Shown here: positions 47,369 through 58,091 of the stretch, piece by piece
Layout of the letters: each line of letters begins with the position of its first letter
Position numbering within the stretch: the stretch's first letter is position 1
The notes under the pieces: model-generated
Seen by the model: the letters and a program-made list of their open reading frames with translations, nothing else
Told to the model about the DNA's origin: nothing
Database searches by the model: none
NCBI GenBank assembly: GCA_011087645.1
Contig: JAALLF010000001.1
Coordinates: forward strand, 208,046 to 272,045
Length of the DNA stretch: 64,000 bases
Reading direction: 5' to 3'
Origin: Alphaproteobacteria bacterium
Lineage (GTDB): Bacteria; Pseudomonadota; Alphaproteobacteria; UBA6615
Translations under genes and position numbers: made by a program

Positions 47369-47782
47369 CTAAGCGCCATCGTGCAGCGCCGCTTGGATGA
47401 AGCGAACCAACACCCGCAGCGCCAGGGGTTTATCCACGACGGCGAAGACGTCGAGCTCTTCTTCCGTCGCCCGCTTGATCTGATCGGCATAGCCCGACAT
47501 CAATATTATTTTCGCCTTGATGTCGGGGCCGGAGGTCAATTGCGCCGCCTTGATGCCATCCAAGCCCGGCATGCGGACATCCATTAGTACGACCGCGGGC
47601 TGGATCCGACGGATCGTATTTACCGCGGCAAATCCATTGTCTTCGAGCATTACGGACATGCCGAATTTCGACAGGAATGTGCCGATTTGTTCCGCTTGTT
47701 CGCGATCGTCATCGACAATCAGAATTTTGGGACGTGTATCACTGTCATCGTCAGAGAGCCGTTTATCATCACTGTCGGCCAT
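47369..47782 (-). CDS. Single-domain response regulator with acidic N-terminal tail
   Basis: REC domain (ILIVDDD ... VLMDVRMPGLDG ... ILMSGY). Directly downstream of the sensor kinase. Confidence 0.8.
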   Translation of the reverse strand: MADSDDKRLSDDDSDTRPKILIVDDDREQAEQIGTFLSKFGMSVMLEDNGFAAVNTIRRIQPAVVLMDVRMPGLDGIKAAQLTSGPDIKAKIILMSGYADQIKRATEEELDVFAVVDKPLALRVLVRFIQAALHDGA

Positions 47783-47790
47783 ATCCCAGC

Positions 47791-50700
47791 TTACATCCTT
47801 TGTCCCGCCGATCTATTCGACCGGACCGTTTGCCCGATCGACGCGGCCATATCGGCGTCATTTGCCCTGGGTATCCAAACCTCGAACCGGGCGCCGTCCG
47901 AGCCATTCGACGCGATTAGACGACCGCCCATACTGTCCACGATATTGTAGCCAATGGCCAGGCCAAGGCCAGTACCCTCACCGGTACGCTTGGTGGTGAA
48001 AAAGGGATCGAAGACGCGGTCGAGAGAATCGGTTGGAATACCACCACCATTATCGTCGATTTGAATAACGATATAGCCGTGCTGATTTTCCGTTTCACCG
48101 GCGTCGGGCACCTCATGGCGCCCAGAAACCTTTATCCATCCTGGTTTTACGTCTTTGAATGTGCGCCCCGATTCCGGGTCCACTTTATCCAACACCAAGG
48201 CGTCGCGGGCGTTCGTCAGCAAGTTCAAGATCACCTGCTCGAGACGAATGGAGTTACCAAAGATCAGGCCCGTATCCTCCGGCAATTCGACTTCGATATT
48301 CACGGAATCGGCGACATACTGGTCGTACACCATGGAGACGGCGGCTTTGACGCACTCGATAGGGTTGATCAATTCACGATCTCCCTCATCGTCAACGCGC
48401 CGGCTAAAGGTCGCCATGTGGCTAATAATATTGGCCATCCGTACCGCCTGGGCGGAAATTCGCTCAAATTGTTGGCGCTCGAATTCCGGATCCGTCTTTC
48501 CCTGCTCCGTCAAAATCAGACTGGAATCAGCCGCCATACGGATGATGTTGAGCGGTTGGTTGAGTTCATGGGTAATGCCGGCCGCCAGTTCGCCCAGCGT
48601 CGCCAGCTTCGACGTCTGGACCAGTTGCGCCTGGGCCAGCTTGCGTAGTGTGATGTCACGCACCACGCTGAGAATTGCCGGGCCGCCGCGGTAAGTAAAT
48701 TCAACCGTTGTGCCCTCAACATCGAACACCGATCCATCATCGCGCAGACCTCGAAACTCGTAGAACGCGCCGACACCGTCCGCCTGCACCGTCGTTCCGG
48801 AAACCCGGAACGCGTCATGATAATCCGGATGAACAAAGTCCAGCGCCCGACGGCCGATCATTTCCTCGGGCGACGACACCCCCACCAAACGCGCACCGGC
48901 AGGGTTCACAAAAATAAATCGGCCGTCCTTATGGATAGAAATCAAGTCGGGCGAATTCTCAACGAGCTGACGGTACCGGTCCTCACTCTCCTCCAGCGCT
49001 GCGAGGGCCATGCGCTGGGCGGTCGTATCGGTCAACAGCAGCACCCAACAACCATCCTCAAGCGGACTGGCGCGCACCAGAAGCCGGGTGCCGGACGGAC
49101 GCACATGTTCGATTTGAAAAGAGTCTGCGGTTTTGAGGAGCTCGCTGACCGACAATCGCCCCAAATCTTCACCGCCGGATAAATCCGAACGCCCGTCGCC
49201 TTCCATTTGCATGATTATCTCGGTAAATGAATCATCGGCAACCGCTGCATCGGCGGGCAAGCCGAACAATTCCTGCAATTGATTATTCGCCAAAATCACC
49301 CTTTGGGATTGATCGAGCACTAAAATTCCCCCACCCATACCCTCCAGAGTCGTCTGCAGTAGCGAGGTCTTTTCCGCCAATTCCTGCTGATCACGACGAA
49401 TATCGGTGATGTCGGTGAAAATCGCGACAACACCGCCATCGGCTGTGCGGCGGCCCAATTTCTGTATATGGCGACCATCGGAGAGACGAAACTCGATCGC
49501 CGTCTCCGGTTCGTCAAACCATTTTACTTGTTCGGCATGCCACACCCCTCCGTCATCACGGGCATCGATGACCCCATCGCTTTCGGCGGCCGAACGTAGG
49601 AGTTCGAGATATTGCACGCCGGTGCGAATGAGGTTGCGATCAGCACGTAGGAATTCCGGCGCCTTCGAATTCCACAGAATTAAGCGACCATCTTTATCGA
49701 ACAAAATGAGTGCCGCAGGAATCGACTCGATGGCGTCGAACAATTGTTTTCGCGCTTCGCGCGCCGTCGCTTCCGCACGAACGATCGCCGTGATATCCGA
49801 TCCGGTTCCGCGATATCCGAGAAAAGTTCCATCGTCGGAAAACACCGGAATGGCGCTAAACAGAAACTGAAACGGCTCCTCATTGGCATCCGGCCGCGTT
49901 ATGCGCCGATGATGGAAAGGCTGCCGTCGGGCTAAGGCCGTAGCGACGGCGTGCCAATCGGCGTCCTGGGTAAGGGAGGGATAGTCGGTCAATTTCTTAC
50001 CGATGAGAAAATCGGGGCTGCGCCCCGTCACTTCGGCGTAGCGCCCACTCACCGAGGTAAAGCGAAGATCGGCATCAATCTCCATAACCCAATCGGACGC
50101 GGCTTGCGTAAAATCTCGGAACCGCTCTTCACTTTCAGCCAGCGCGGCTTCCCGGTTTTTCAGCTCGGTAAGGTCGGAAAATATCGAAACGATACCTCTA
50201 TCGCTTGTCTCCTGTTCGCTAACCCGCAGCCAACGGCCGTTGGCAAGTTCCATCTCGAACGGTTCGCCGGGCGAGCGATGCGCGCCCATAAATTTTTTGG
50301 TCCAGCTTTCGACCTGCGCCGGAGCCGCATCCGCTAGCACAGCTTTCGCGAAAACTCCGACAAACTCTTCGTAGCTAATGGCGGCCGCAGATCGTTGATT
50401 TAGCGTTGGAACAAGTTCGCGGAGCCGGTCATTCGCCAAAACCAGGCAATCATCGACATCAAACAGCGCAAACGCCTCAGACATACTGTCAACGGCGTCA
50501 CCCAATCGCCGGCGCGCATCCTTGAGACCAAGTGCTAAAAACGCGTTCTCGAATTCCAAGCGAACGTTCATCGCGAAACTGCGATGCCCGGCCGACCCGA
50601 GCAAAAGCAAAACGACGAGAAACAGCAGCCCAAAACTACCTAGCGCGACATGGATTTGGGTTTGCTGGACCAGCAGAGTTGCCGTCGCTGGAACTATCAG

Positions 50701-51198
50701 TGGAATCAGATAGAGAGCGAGCGCGGGGAAATAAGGCCCAAAGCTTGCCGCCGCGCCCGCGCCCATCCCCAAAACCACGACGATAAGGAACACCTGCAGC
50801 GCAAGATTATCCACCGGGAACAGCAACGGCATCCCGGCTCCCCATGCCAATCCGCTTACGCAGATAGATCCGAGGAACATGAACCTTGTGAATCCCGATA
50901 CAGTCGTGCGCGTCGGGACAACCGGCTCAAACCGATGATGCATAATACCGCGCGCAACCGCGGCAACGACGACTAACCCCAACCAAACAGAAATTTGGCC
51001 AACGCCGACATCGCTCAGCAGAATATAACCGACAAAGGCGGCAATTACCGGCGAGGCCAAATTGGTGATACGCCCCTGACGGTAGAGCGCAACAAATTGC
51101 GCAGTGAGAATCCGGTCTTCCATACCGACTATTTCGCCGGAAGGAACCGCTTCCCCCACTCCGTTCGAGCCTTCACTATCGGTTTCGCCAGCCATCAT
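47791..51198 (-). CDS. Membrane-anchored multi-PAS sensor histidine kinase (about 6 TM, about 5 PAS, HisKA, HATPase_c)
   Basis: Hydrophobic N-terminus followed by repeated PAS cores. H-box [11 protein letters not shown] and ATPase motifs LLTNARDAL and [10 protein letters not shown] (about 54%) is lower than the flanks. Confidence 0.85.
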   Translation of the reverse strand: MMAGETDSEGSNGVGEAVPSGEIVGMEDRILTAQFVALYRQGRITNLASPVIAAFVGYILLSDVGVGQISVWLGLVVVAAVARGIMHHRFEPVVPTRTTVSGFTRFMFLGSICVSGLAWGAGMPLLFPVDNLALQVFLIVVVLGMGAGAAASFGPYFPALALYLIPLIVPATATLLVQQTQIHVALGSFGLLFLVVLLLLGSAGHRSFAMNVRLEFENAFLALGLKDARRRLGDAVDSMSEAFALFDVDDCLVLANDRLRELVPTLNQRSAAAISYEEFVGVFAKAVLADAAPAQVESWTKKFMGAHRSPGEPFEMELANGRWLRVSEQETSDRGIVSIFSDLTELKNREAALAESEERFRDFTQAASDWVMEIDADLRFTSVSGRYAEVTGRSPDFLIGKKLTDYPSLTQDADWHAVATALARRQPFHHRRITRPDANEEPFQFLFSAIPVFSDDGTFLGYRGTGSDITAIVRAEATAREARKQLFDAIESIPAALILFDKDGRLILWNSKAPEFLRADRNLIRTGVQYLELLRSAAESDGVIDARDDGGVWHAEQVKWFDEPETAIEFRLSDGRHIQKLGRRTADGGVVAIFTDITDIRRDQQELAEKTSLLQTTLEGMGGGILVLDQSQRVILANNQLQELFGLPADAAVADDSFTEIIMQMEGDGRSDLSGGEDLGRLSVSELLKTADSFQIEHVRPSGTRLLVRASPLEDGCWVLLLTDTTAQRMALAALEESEDRYRQLVENSPDLISIHKDGRFIFVNPAGARLVGVSSPEEMIGRRALDFVHPDYHDAFRVSGTTVQADGVGAFYEFRGLRDDGSVFDVEGTTVEFTYRGGPAILSVVRDITLRKLAQAQLVQTSKLATLGELAAGITHELNQPLNIIRMAADSSLILTEQGKTDPEFERQQFERISAQAVRMANIISHMATFSRRVDDEGDRELINPIECVKAAVSMVYDQYVADSVNIEVELPEDTGLIFGNSIRLEQVILNLLTNARDALVLDKVDPESGRTFKDVKPGWIKVSGRHEVPDAGETENQHGYIVIQIDDNGGGIPTDSLDRVFDPFFTTKRTGEGTGLGLAIGYNIVDSMGGRLIASNGSDGARFEVWIPRANDADMAASIGQTVRSNRSAGQRM

Positions 51199-51292
51199 CC
51201 CTTTGCGTTGTCGTTCTGCGGACCATCGATTCTACAGCATATGCGGGTCGCGGCGGGGATCAAAGTGATCACATGGTAAACGCGCTGCTGGG

Positions 51293-52282
51293 CTAGCCCC
51301 ACAAACCTGCTGTGGGTGGCGATATTCGGCTGCCCTCCACCTCCAGGGACGGTTCACGGTCTTTTGCTAATAACAGAGGCCCGTCGAGGTCGACATATGC
51401 CGCACCCTGGGCCACCAGCAAGGCCGGTGCCATGGCTAGGCTGGTTCCCACCATGCAGCCCACCATGACCTCAAGATCAGCCGCCCGCGCCGCTGCGGCG
51501 GTCGCCAACGCCTCGGTGAGGCCACCGGCTTTATCGAGCTTGATGTTTACCATGTCGTAGCGGTCGACCAGCCCCGCCACGCTGGCCCGATCGTGACAGG
51601 ATTCGTCGGCGCAGATCGCCACCGGATGGTCGAGCACGGCGAGCACCGCATCGTCGCCGGCCGGCAGCGGCTGTTCTATCAATTCCACACCCAGACGGCC
51701 CAGTTCCGTCGCCAGCCTGGTAAAGTCATCCGGCGTCCAAGCCTCATTGGCATCGACAATGAGCCGGGCGTCCGGCGCGCCCTCGCGCACCGCCTGAACC
51801 CGTTCGAGATCCCCACCGCCGGTCAGTTTTAGTTTAAGCAACGGCCGCGCCGCATTAGCCCGCGCCGCGTCGGCCATCGCCGTCGGCGTATCGACGCTCA
51901 GTGTAAACGCGGTCTCGACCGGTGCCGGCGCAGCCAATTCCGCCAGCGTCCACACCGGCCGGCCGGTTCGCTTAGCCTCCAAATCCCAGAGAGCGCAGTC
52001 AATCGCATTGCGCGCGGCCCCCGGTGGCATCGCGTGCTGCAAGCCATCGCGATCGAGCCCCGCGGCAATATCGGCCGCCATCGCGGCGATCGCAGCGGCA
52101 ACACTTTCCGGCGTCTCGCCGTAGCGGATATTCGGTCCGCATTCGCCGCGGCCCACACAGTCGCCGTCACGAAGCTCGGCGGTCACCACGATGGTCTCGG
52201 TTTTGCTGCCGCGCGAGATGGCAAAGCGCTGGCGCAGCGCGAAAGTCTCGATGCGCGCTTCAAGAGTAGGTAATTCGGCCAC
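51293..52282 (-). CDS. Enolase-superfamily racemase (dipeptide-epimerase / N-acetyl-D-glutamate racemase DgcA-like)
   Basis: MR/MLE fold with the metal-ligand pattern IVDANEAW and a KLDKAGG-type Lys-x-Lys region. Confidence 0.75.
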   Translation of the reverse strand: MAELPTLEARIETFALRQRFAISRGSKTETIVVTAELRDGDCVGRGECGPNIRYGETPESVAAAIAAMAADIAAGLDRDGLQHAMPPGAARNAIDCALWDLEAKRTGRPVWTLAELAAPAPVETAFTLSVDTPTAMADAARANAARPLLKLKLTGGGDLERVQAVREGAPDARLIVDANEAWTPDDFTRLATELGRLGVELIEQPLPAGDDAVLAVLDHPVAICADESCHDRASVAGLVDRYDMVNIKLDKAGGLTEALATAAAARAADLEVMVGCMVGTSLAMAPALLVAQGAAYVDLDGPLLLAKDREPSLEVEGSRISPPTAGLWG

Positions 52283-52284
52283 TA

Positions 52285-53286
52285 CTAGGTCAACTTGGTA
52301 ACGATCGCGGCAACGCCGTCGATCACCGGATCGACCGCCGGGAGCCCGGTCTGTGCCGCGATGTCCGTTAAGCAGCGGCGACGTTCCTCGTCACTCGCTA
52401 AGCCCGAGCTATTCACCGCAACACCGACACACACCGCATCCGGATTAGTTAGCCGCGCGGCGGCAAGGTGTCCGTCGATGCACGTTTGGATGTCCGGGAG
52501 CGGCTGATGGGGCAGCCCGCGCATATGGGTCCGCGTCGGTTCGTGACACACCACCAGCGCATCCGGCTGCGCACCATGCACCAGCCCCATGGTGACCCCC
52601 GCATAAGAGGGGTGAAACAACGAACCTTGGCCCTCGACCAAATCCCAATGGTCGGGATCGTTGGCCGGGGTCAGCCATTCGGTGGCGCCGGAAATAAAGT
52701 CGGAGACCACGGCATCGACCGAAACGCCATCCCCGGCAATGAAAATGCCGGTCTGTCCGGTGGCGCGGAAATCGGATTTCACGTTCTCTGCCTGCAACGC
52801 CTGATCAATGGCCAGGGCGGTATACATCTTACCCACCGAACAATCGGTGCCGACGGTGAGCAGGCGCTTGCCAGGACGCCGCTCTCCCGAGCCGACGTTG
52901 AAACTTCGCGTGGGGTGGCGCACGTCGAACAGCTGGCGCCCATTGGTATCGGCGGCCTTGGCAACGTCGCCAATGTCGGCGACACGCTGATGCAGACCCG
53001 CCGCGATATCCATGCCGCCTTCCAGAGCATCTACCATGGTGGGTATCCACGCATCCGGAATAACACCGCCGCGATTGGCCACGCCGATCACCAAGGTCCG
53101 GCAACCAGCCGCGAGGGCCCCTGCGATCGTCATCTCGGGCAGTCCCAGATCAGCCTTGCAGGCTGGCAACTGGAACTGACCCAGGCACCAATCGCGCCGC
53201 CAATGGACGATGCCGCTGGCCGTCTTCGCCGCCAACTGATCCGGCGCGTCGCCTAGAAACATCAGATATGGGTGCTGTATTTTCAT
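52285..53286 (-). CDS. DUF1611-family protein (DgcN-like D-glutamate N-acetyltransferase family)
   Basis: Typical DUF1611 length and motifs (TVGTDCSVGKMYTALA). GGGAGA RBS precedes ATG 53286. Confidence 0.7.
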   Translation of the reverse strand: MKIQHPYLMFLGDAPDQLAAKTASGIVHWRRDWCLGQFQLPACKADLGLPEMTIAGALAAGCRTLVIGVANRGGVIPDAWIPTMVDALEGGMDIAAGLHQRVADIGDVAKAADTNGRQLFDVRHPTRSFNVGSGERRPGKRLLTVGTDCSVGKMYTALAIDQALQAENVKSDFRATGQTGIFIAGDGVSVDAVVSDFISGATEWLTPANDPDHWDLVEGQGSLFHPSYAGVTMGLVHGAQPDALVVCHEPTRTHMRGLPHQPLPDIQTCIDGHLAAARLTNPDAVCVGVAVNSSGLASDEERRRCLTDIAAQTGLPAVDPVIDGVAAIVTKLT

Positions 53287-53350
53287 TGGTCTCCCGCTTT
53301 CGCCGCCGCTAAGGTCGCCTCTCGACTTTGCGCGCCCGGAAAGGCTCGAC

Positions 53351-55162
53351 ATGTTTACCACACGGCCCGAAATTCGTGGCACATTTGGAATGGTCGCGTC
53401 GACCCATTACCTGGCCACCATGGCCGGTTGGGCGATGCTCGAAAAGGGCGGCAACGCCTTCGATGCCGCCGTCGCCACCGGCTTGGCGCTACAGGTGGTG
53501 CACCCCTATCAAAATGGACCCGGCGGTGACCTGCCGATCGTGCTGCACAATGCGGCGACGGATAAAACCGACGTCATCTGCGGCCAAGGGGTCTCGCCGC
53601 AAGCCGCGACGATCGACCGGTTCCAACAGCTCGGTCTCGACCTCGTGCCCGGCACCGGGCTGCTGGCGCCGTGCGTGCCCGGCGCCTTCGGCGCCTGGAT
53701 GGTGCTGCTGCGCGATTACGGCACCTTGCCCCTGGCCGACATAATCCAACCAGCCATCGATTATGGCCGCAACGGCTATGCCGTGGTGCCGATGATGAAC
53801 ACGGTCATCGGTAATGTCGCCGAATTGTTCCGCAGCGCCTGGCCAACGTCGGCCGCGACGTATCTGGTCGATGACGCGCCGCCCAAAGTCGGATCGCTGC
53901 ACCGTAACCCGGTCCTCGCCGACACCTATGCCCGATTGTTGCGCGAGGCCGAAGCCCAGGGCGGCAATCGCGAGGCCGTGGTCGAGGCCGCGCGGAAGGT
54001 ATTTTACGAAGGTTTTATCGCCGAAGAAATCGACCGCTTCTGCCGCGAGACCGAATGGCTCGACAGTTCAGGCGAGGTGCATGGCGGGTTGCTCACGGGC
54101 GACGATATGGCCGGCTGGCAAGCCACCATCGAAGCGCCGGCGACTTACGATTATCACGGCTACACATTGTGCAAGCCGGGCCCGTGGAGCCAGGGGCCGG
54201 TGTTTCTGCAGCAATTGGCGTTGCTGAAAGGTTTCGATCTGGCGGCGATGGACCCGCTGGGGCCGGACTTCATCCACACCCAGGTCGAATGCGCTAAGCT
54301 GGCGCTGGCCGACCGGGAAGCCTGGTACGGCGACCCCAATGCGCACGACGTGCCCTTAAAGACGCTGCTGTCGGACGCCTACAACGATGAACGACGGGCG
54401 CTGGTTGAAACCCAGGCCTCGTTGGAGCTGCGTCCGGGCAGCCCCGACGGCCGCGACCCCCGTCTCGCCGATTTCGATATTCCGGATTTGGAGGCCGAAC
54501 TGCCGGCCGGCGCCGGCGAACCCAATGCGGCGCGCGGCAACGCGGTCGCCGACGATCACGGACCGGCCGATGGCGATACGGTGCATCTCGATGCGGGCGA
54601 CCGCTGGGGCAATATGGTTACCTGCATGCCCAGCGGCGGCTGGCTGCAATCATCGCCAGTGATCCCGGCGCTGGGATTTTGTCTGGGCACGCGCGCGCAA
54701 ATGTTTTGGCTGCAGGACGGGTTTCCAACGACGCTGCAACCGGGCATCCGCCCGCGCACGACCCTCAGCCCAACCTTGGCGCTGCGCGACGGTGCCCCGG
54801 CGCTGGCCTTCGGCACACCGGGCGGCGACGCCCAGGACCAATGGGGTCTGACCATGTTCCTGCGCCACATCCACCACGGCATGGACCTCCAGGCGGCGAT
54901 CGACGCCCCCAACTTCCACACCGATCATCTGCCGTCGAGTTTCTATCCCCGCACCTTCCAGCCTGCCGTGGTGAAGGCCGAAAGCCGGCTGCCGCAGCAA
55001 ACCATCGACACATTGCGCGACCGCGGACATCGGCTGGAAATGGTCGACGATTGGGCGCTCGGCCGTATGACGGCGGTCGGTCGTGAGCGCACCGAGGACG
55101 GCTGGTTATTAAAGGCCGCCGCCCATCCCAGATTTCAAGAAGCCTACGCTGTTGGCCGCTAG
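53351..55162 (+). CDS. Gamma-glutamyltransferase-family protein, no signal peptide
   Basis: GGT fold with the autoprocessing/nucleophile motif DGDTVHLDAGD and a C-terminal GTPGGD motif. Confidence 0.85.
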   Translation: MFTTRPEIRGTFGMVASTHYLATMAGWAMLEKGGNAFDAAVATGLALQVVHPYQNGPGGDLPIVLHNAATDKTDVICGQGVSPQAATIDRFQQLGLDLVPGTGLLAPCVPGAFGAWMVLLRDYGTLPLADIIQPAIDYGRNGYAVVPMMNTVIGNVAELFRSAWPTSAATYLVDDAPPKVGSLHRNPVLADTYARLLREAEAQGGNREAVVEAARKVFYEGFIAEEIDRFCRETEWLDSSGEVHGGLLTGDDMAGWQATIEAPATYDYHGYTLCKPGPWSQGPVFLQQLALLKGFDLAAMDPLGPDFIHTQVECAKLALADREAWYGDPNAHDVPLKTLLSDAYNDERRALVETQASLELRPGSPDGRDPRLADFDIPDLEAELPAGAGEPNAARGNAVADDHGPADGDTVHLDAGDRWGNMVTCMPSGGWLQSSPVIPALGFCLGTRAQMFWLQDGFPTTLQPGIRPRTTLSPTLALRDGAPALAFGTPGGDAQDQWGLTMFLRHIHHGMDLQAAIDAPNFHTDHLPSSFYPRTFQPAVVKAESRLPQQTIDTLRDRGHRLEMVDDWALGRMTAVGRERTEDGWLLKAAAHPRFQEAYAVGR

Positions 55163-55180
55163 GCGCCCCACACCGCCCTC

Positions 55181-56557
55181 ATGACCGCGGCAGCGAACCA
55201 CTCGCTCGGCATCGCCGACAGCCTGCGCAACGGTCCCTATCGACGGGTTTGGAACCTGTCTTGGCCAACCATCCTGTCGAACCTCACCGTACCGCTACTC
55301 GGCGCGGTGGATACCGCTGTGATGGGACACTTGCCCGATGCCGCCTATGTCGGCGCGGTCGCCGTCGGCGCGATGATTTTCAGCTTCGTCTATTGGGGCT
55401 TCGGATTCTTGCGCATGGGCACCGTCGGCTTTGCCGCCCAGGCCAGGGGCAGCGGCGATAGCGACGAAATCCGCGCGGTGCTGGCGCGCGCCCTGTTGGT
55501 CGGCCTGGCGCTCGCCGTCGTGATTCTGATCCTGCAGACCCCCATCCGCATCGGCGCTCTGTTAATTGTCGACGGCGAGGCACAGGTGGAGCAGTTGGCC
55601 GGCGCCTATTTCGATGCGCGGGTCTGGGGCGCGCCGGCGACCCTGGCCAATTACGGCCTGCTCGGCTGGCTACTCGGCATGCAGTATGTGCGCACCGCGC
55701 TCGTCGTTCAGGTCGCCATTAACGCGTTGAACGTTGTCCTCGACCTGTGGTTCGTCCTCGATCTGGGCTGGGGCGTCGAAGGGGTCGCCCTGGCAACCGC
55801 CATTGCGCAATATGCCGGCGCCTTTCTGGGGCTCGCCTTGGTTTTACGCCATCTCGGCGTGATCGGCGGCCAATGGCGGCGCACGCGCATTCTCGACGCC
55901 ACGGCGCTGGCTGAGACCTTTCGGGTCAACCGCGACATTTTTCTGCGCACCCTGGCGATGATTTTTGCCTGGTCCCTGATGACTTGGACCAGTGCCCGGC
56001 TCGGCACCACCGTATTGGCCGCCAACGCCATATTGATGAACTTCCAATCGTTTCTGGCCCACGGATTGGACGGTTTCGCACACGCCACATCGGCGCTTAT
56101 CGGCGAGGCGGTCGGCGCCCGCGACCGACGCGCCTTTCGCCGCTGCGTCGCCGCCGCCACTTTCATGGCGATCGTCGTGGCTGTTGCGTATACGCTTGTC
56201 TACGCCGCCGCCGGGCCGGCGATCATCCGAGCCTTCACCGACATAGCGGATTTGCGCGCGTTCTCTTCGACCTATTTGGTGTGGGTCATTGTCTCGCCAT
56301 TACTGTCGGTATGGGCTTATCAACTCGACGGTATATTTATCGGCGCCACCCGTTCAGCGGAAATGCGCAACGCCATGCTGGCCTCGGTAGCGCTGTATGT
56401 TTTGGCCATCGCCACCCTGCCCGGACTGTTCGGAAACCATGGCCTGTGGCTCTCGGTGATGATCTTCATGGTCATTCGCGCCGTAACATTGGCGATCTAC
56501 TATCCGAGAATCGAGATCACGAATGCGGACAGCCCTGCTAAAACTGGCGCGCCTTAA
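55181..56557 (+). CDS. MATE-family efflux transporter (DinF-like)
   Basis: 12-TM MATE topology with two internally repeated halves. Confidence 0.85.
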   Translation: MTAAANHSLGIADSLRNGPYRRVWNLSWPTILSNLTVPLLGAVDTAVMGHLPDAAYVGAVAVGAMIFSFVYWGFGFLRMGTVGFAAQARGSGDSDEIRAVLARALLVGLALAVVILILQTPIRIGALLIVDGEAQVEQLAGAYFDARVWGAPATLANYGLLGWLLGMQYVRTALVVQVAINALNVVLDLWFVLDLGWGVEGVALATAIAQYAGAFLGLALVLRHLGVIGGQWRRTRILDATALAETFRVNRDIFLRTLAMIFAWSLMTWTSARLGTTVLAANAILMNFQSFLAHGLDGFAHATSALIGEAVGARDRRAFRRCVAAATFMAIVVAVAYTLVYAAAGPAIIRAFTDIADLRAFSSTYLVWVIVSPLLSVWAYQLDGIFIGATRSAEMRNAMLASVALYVLAIATLPGLFGNHGLWLSVMIFMVIRAVTLAIYYPRIEITNADSPAKTGAP

Positions 56558-56679
56558 CGGTTTCTTGACGCAAACCGTTGAAATCATTGATTGACACAGG
56601 AATCGCCGTTGCGCATGTTCTGCCCTTCCGTCGATTCGGCGGGCGCGACGTCTGTAGAACGTTCGAATTAGGATCGTAG

Positions 56680-58071
56680 ATGAGCCAAGTGACGAAAACT
56701 GGTTGGCTGTTCAAACCCCGCACCATTGTATTCGCCGTCGCCTTAGTGATTGCTGCTCCCGCCGCCGCCTTCGTGGGCGGATTTTTAGCCGGACAGAATA
56801 CCGCTGTACCGCCAGGCGATGCTGACACGCTGACCGATGGCTTCGCGCAAGTCGTCACACTGGCCAAATGGGAGGCGGAGACAGCGCCCCAGCCACCCGC
56901 GCCGATCACCCGCGTGGTCGCGGTGGAAAGCGGCGATAATCTGATGGGTGTCTTAATCCGCGCCGGTGCCGAACGCACGGTTGCCCATGCAGCCATCCAA
57001 TCGCTCAAGGGCAGTTATGATCCGAGACGCGATTTGAATGTCGGCGACGAACTGCAGATCACCTTCGGACCCGGCACCATCCGGTCGGTCGAAGATGCCC
57101 AGCCCGACGACAATCCCAATTATGTCCTCGCCCGGCTGACCATTCCGGTTTCCTATGACAAGCTCATCGATGTCAGCCTCACCGACGAGGGCGGCTACGA
57201 AGCCAACGAAGTCGAACGCCAACTCGAGCGCGAAGTCGTTCAGGCATCGGGTCAAATCGATTCCAGCCTGTTCGTCGCCGCCAGCGAGGCCGGCATCCCG
57301 GCGCGGGTTCTGGCCGAACTCATCCGTATCTTCAGTTTCGATGTCGATTTCCAACGCGACATTTGGCAGGGCGACAAGTTCGAGCTGATGTACGAACAGT
57401 TTCGCGGCGAGAACGGCGAGGTCGTCCATCAAGGTGAAATTCATTACGCCAAGCTCACCCTGCGCGATACCGAGACACCGCTTTATCGATACAAAACAAC
57501 GGCGGGAAATCTCGATTATTTCAACGCCAAGGGTAATAGCGTGCGCAAGACCTTGATGCGCACCCCGGTTGACGGTGCGCGACTCTCCTCGCGGTTTGGC
57601 AAGCGCAAGCACCCCATCCTGGGCTATACCCGCATGCATTCTGGCGTCGATTTCGCCGCCCCGCGCGGCACGCCAATTTACGCCGCGGGTAATGGCACCA
57701 TCGTCCAGGCCGGCCGCAACGGCGGCTACGGCAACTATATCCGTATTCGCCACAACGGCACGTTCCAGACCGCTTACGCGCATTTATCCAAGTTCGCGCG
57801 CAAAGCCCGCAAAGGCGCCCGCGTGAAGCAGGGTCAGGTCATTGGCTATGTGGGCACCACCGGCCGATCGACCGGGCCGCATCTGCACTACGAAGTGCTA
57901 CGCAACGGTCGTCAGATAAATCCCCGTTCGGTCCGCATTCCCAGTGGCGAAAAGCTTAAAGGTGCCGAGCTAAAGAAGTTTATCGCGCTGCGCGACGCGA
58001 CCGATAAACAATATGCCGAACTGCGCGACGCCGCGGTACGGCTCGTCGAGAATAAAACCGACGAACAGTAG
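56680..58071 (+). CDS. Membrane-anchored M23-family metallo-endopeptidase
   Basis: N-terminal TM helix and a C-terminal M23 domain (HSGVDFAAPRGTPIYA ... GPHLHYEV). Confidence 0.85.
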   Translation: MSQVTKTGWLFKPRTIVFAVALVIAAPAAAFVGGFLAGQNTAVPPGDADTLTDGFAQVVTLAKWEAETAPQPPAPITRVVAVESGDNLMGVLIRAGAERTVAHAAIQSLKGSYDPRRDLNVGDELQITFGPGTIRSVEDAQPDDNPNYVLARLTIPVSYDKLIDVSLTDEGGYEANEVERQLEREVVQASGQIDSSLFVAASEAGIPARVLAELIRIFSFDVDFQRDIWQGDKFELMYEQFRGENGEVVHQGEIHYAKLTLRDTETPLYRYKTTAGNLDYFNAKGNSVRKTLMRTPVDGARLSSRFGKRKHPILGYTRMHSGVDFAAPRGTPIYAAGNGTIVQAGRNGGYGNYIRIRHNGTFQTAYAHLSKFARKARKGARVKQGQVIGYVGTTGRSTGPHLHYEVLRNGRQINPRSVRIPSGEKLKGAELKKFIALRDATDKQYAELRDAAVRLVENKTDEQ

Positions 58072-58091
58072 GACGACTTTCGCGGCTGGTC

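Noticed and set aside
56953-57783. 276-aa ORF antisense to the M23 peptidase gene
   Set aside because: Antisense shadow frame with no motifs. The sense-strand gene is well supported.
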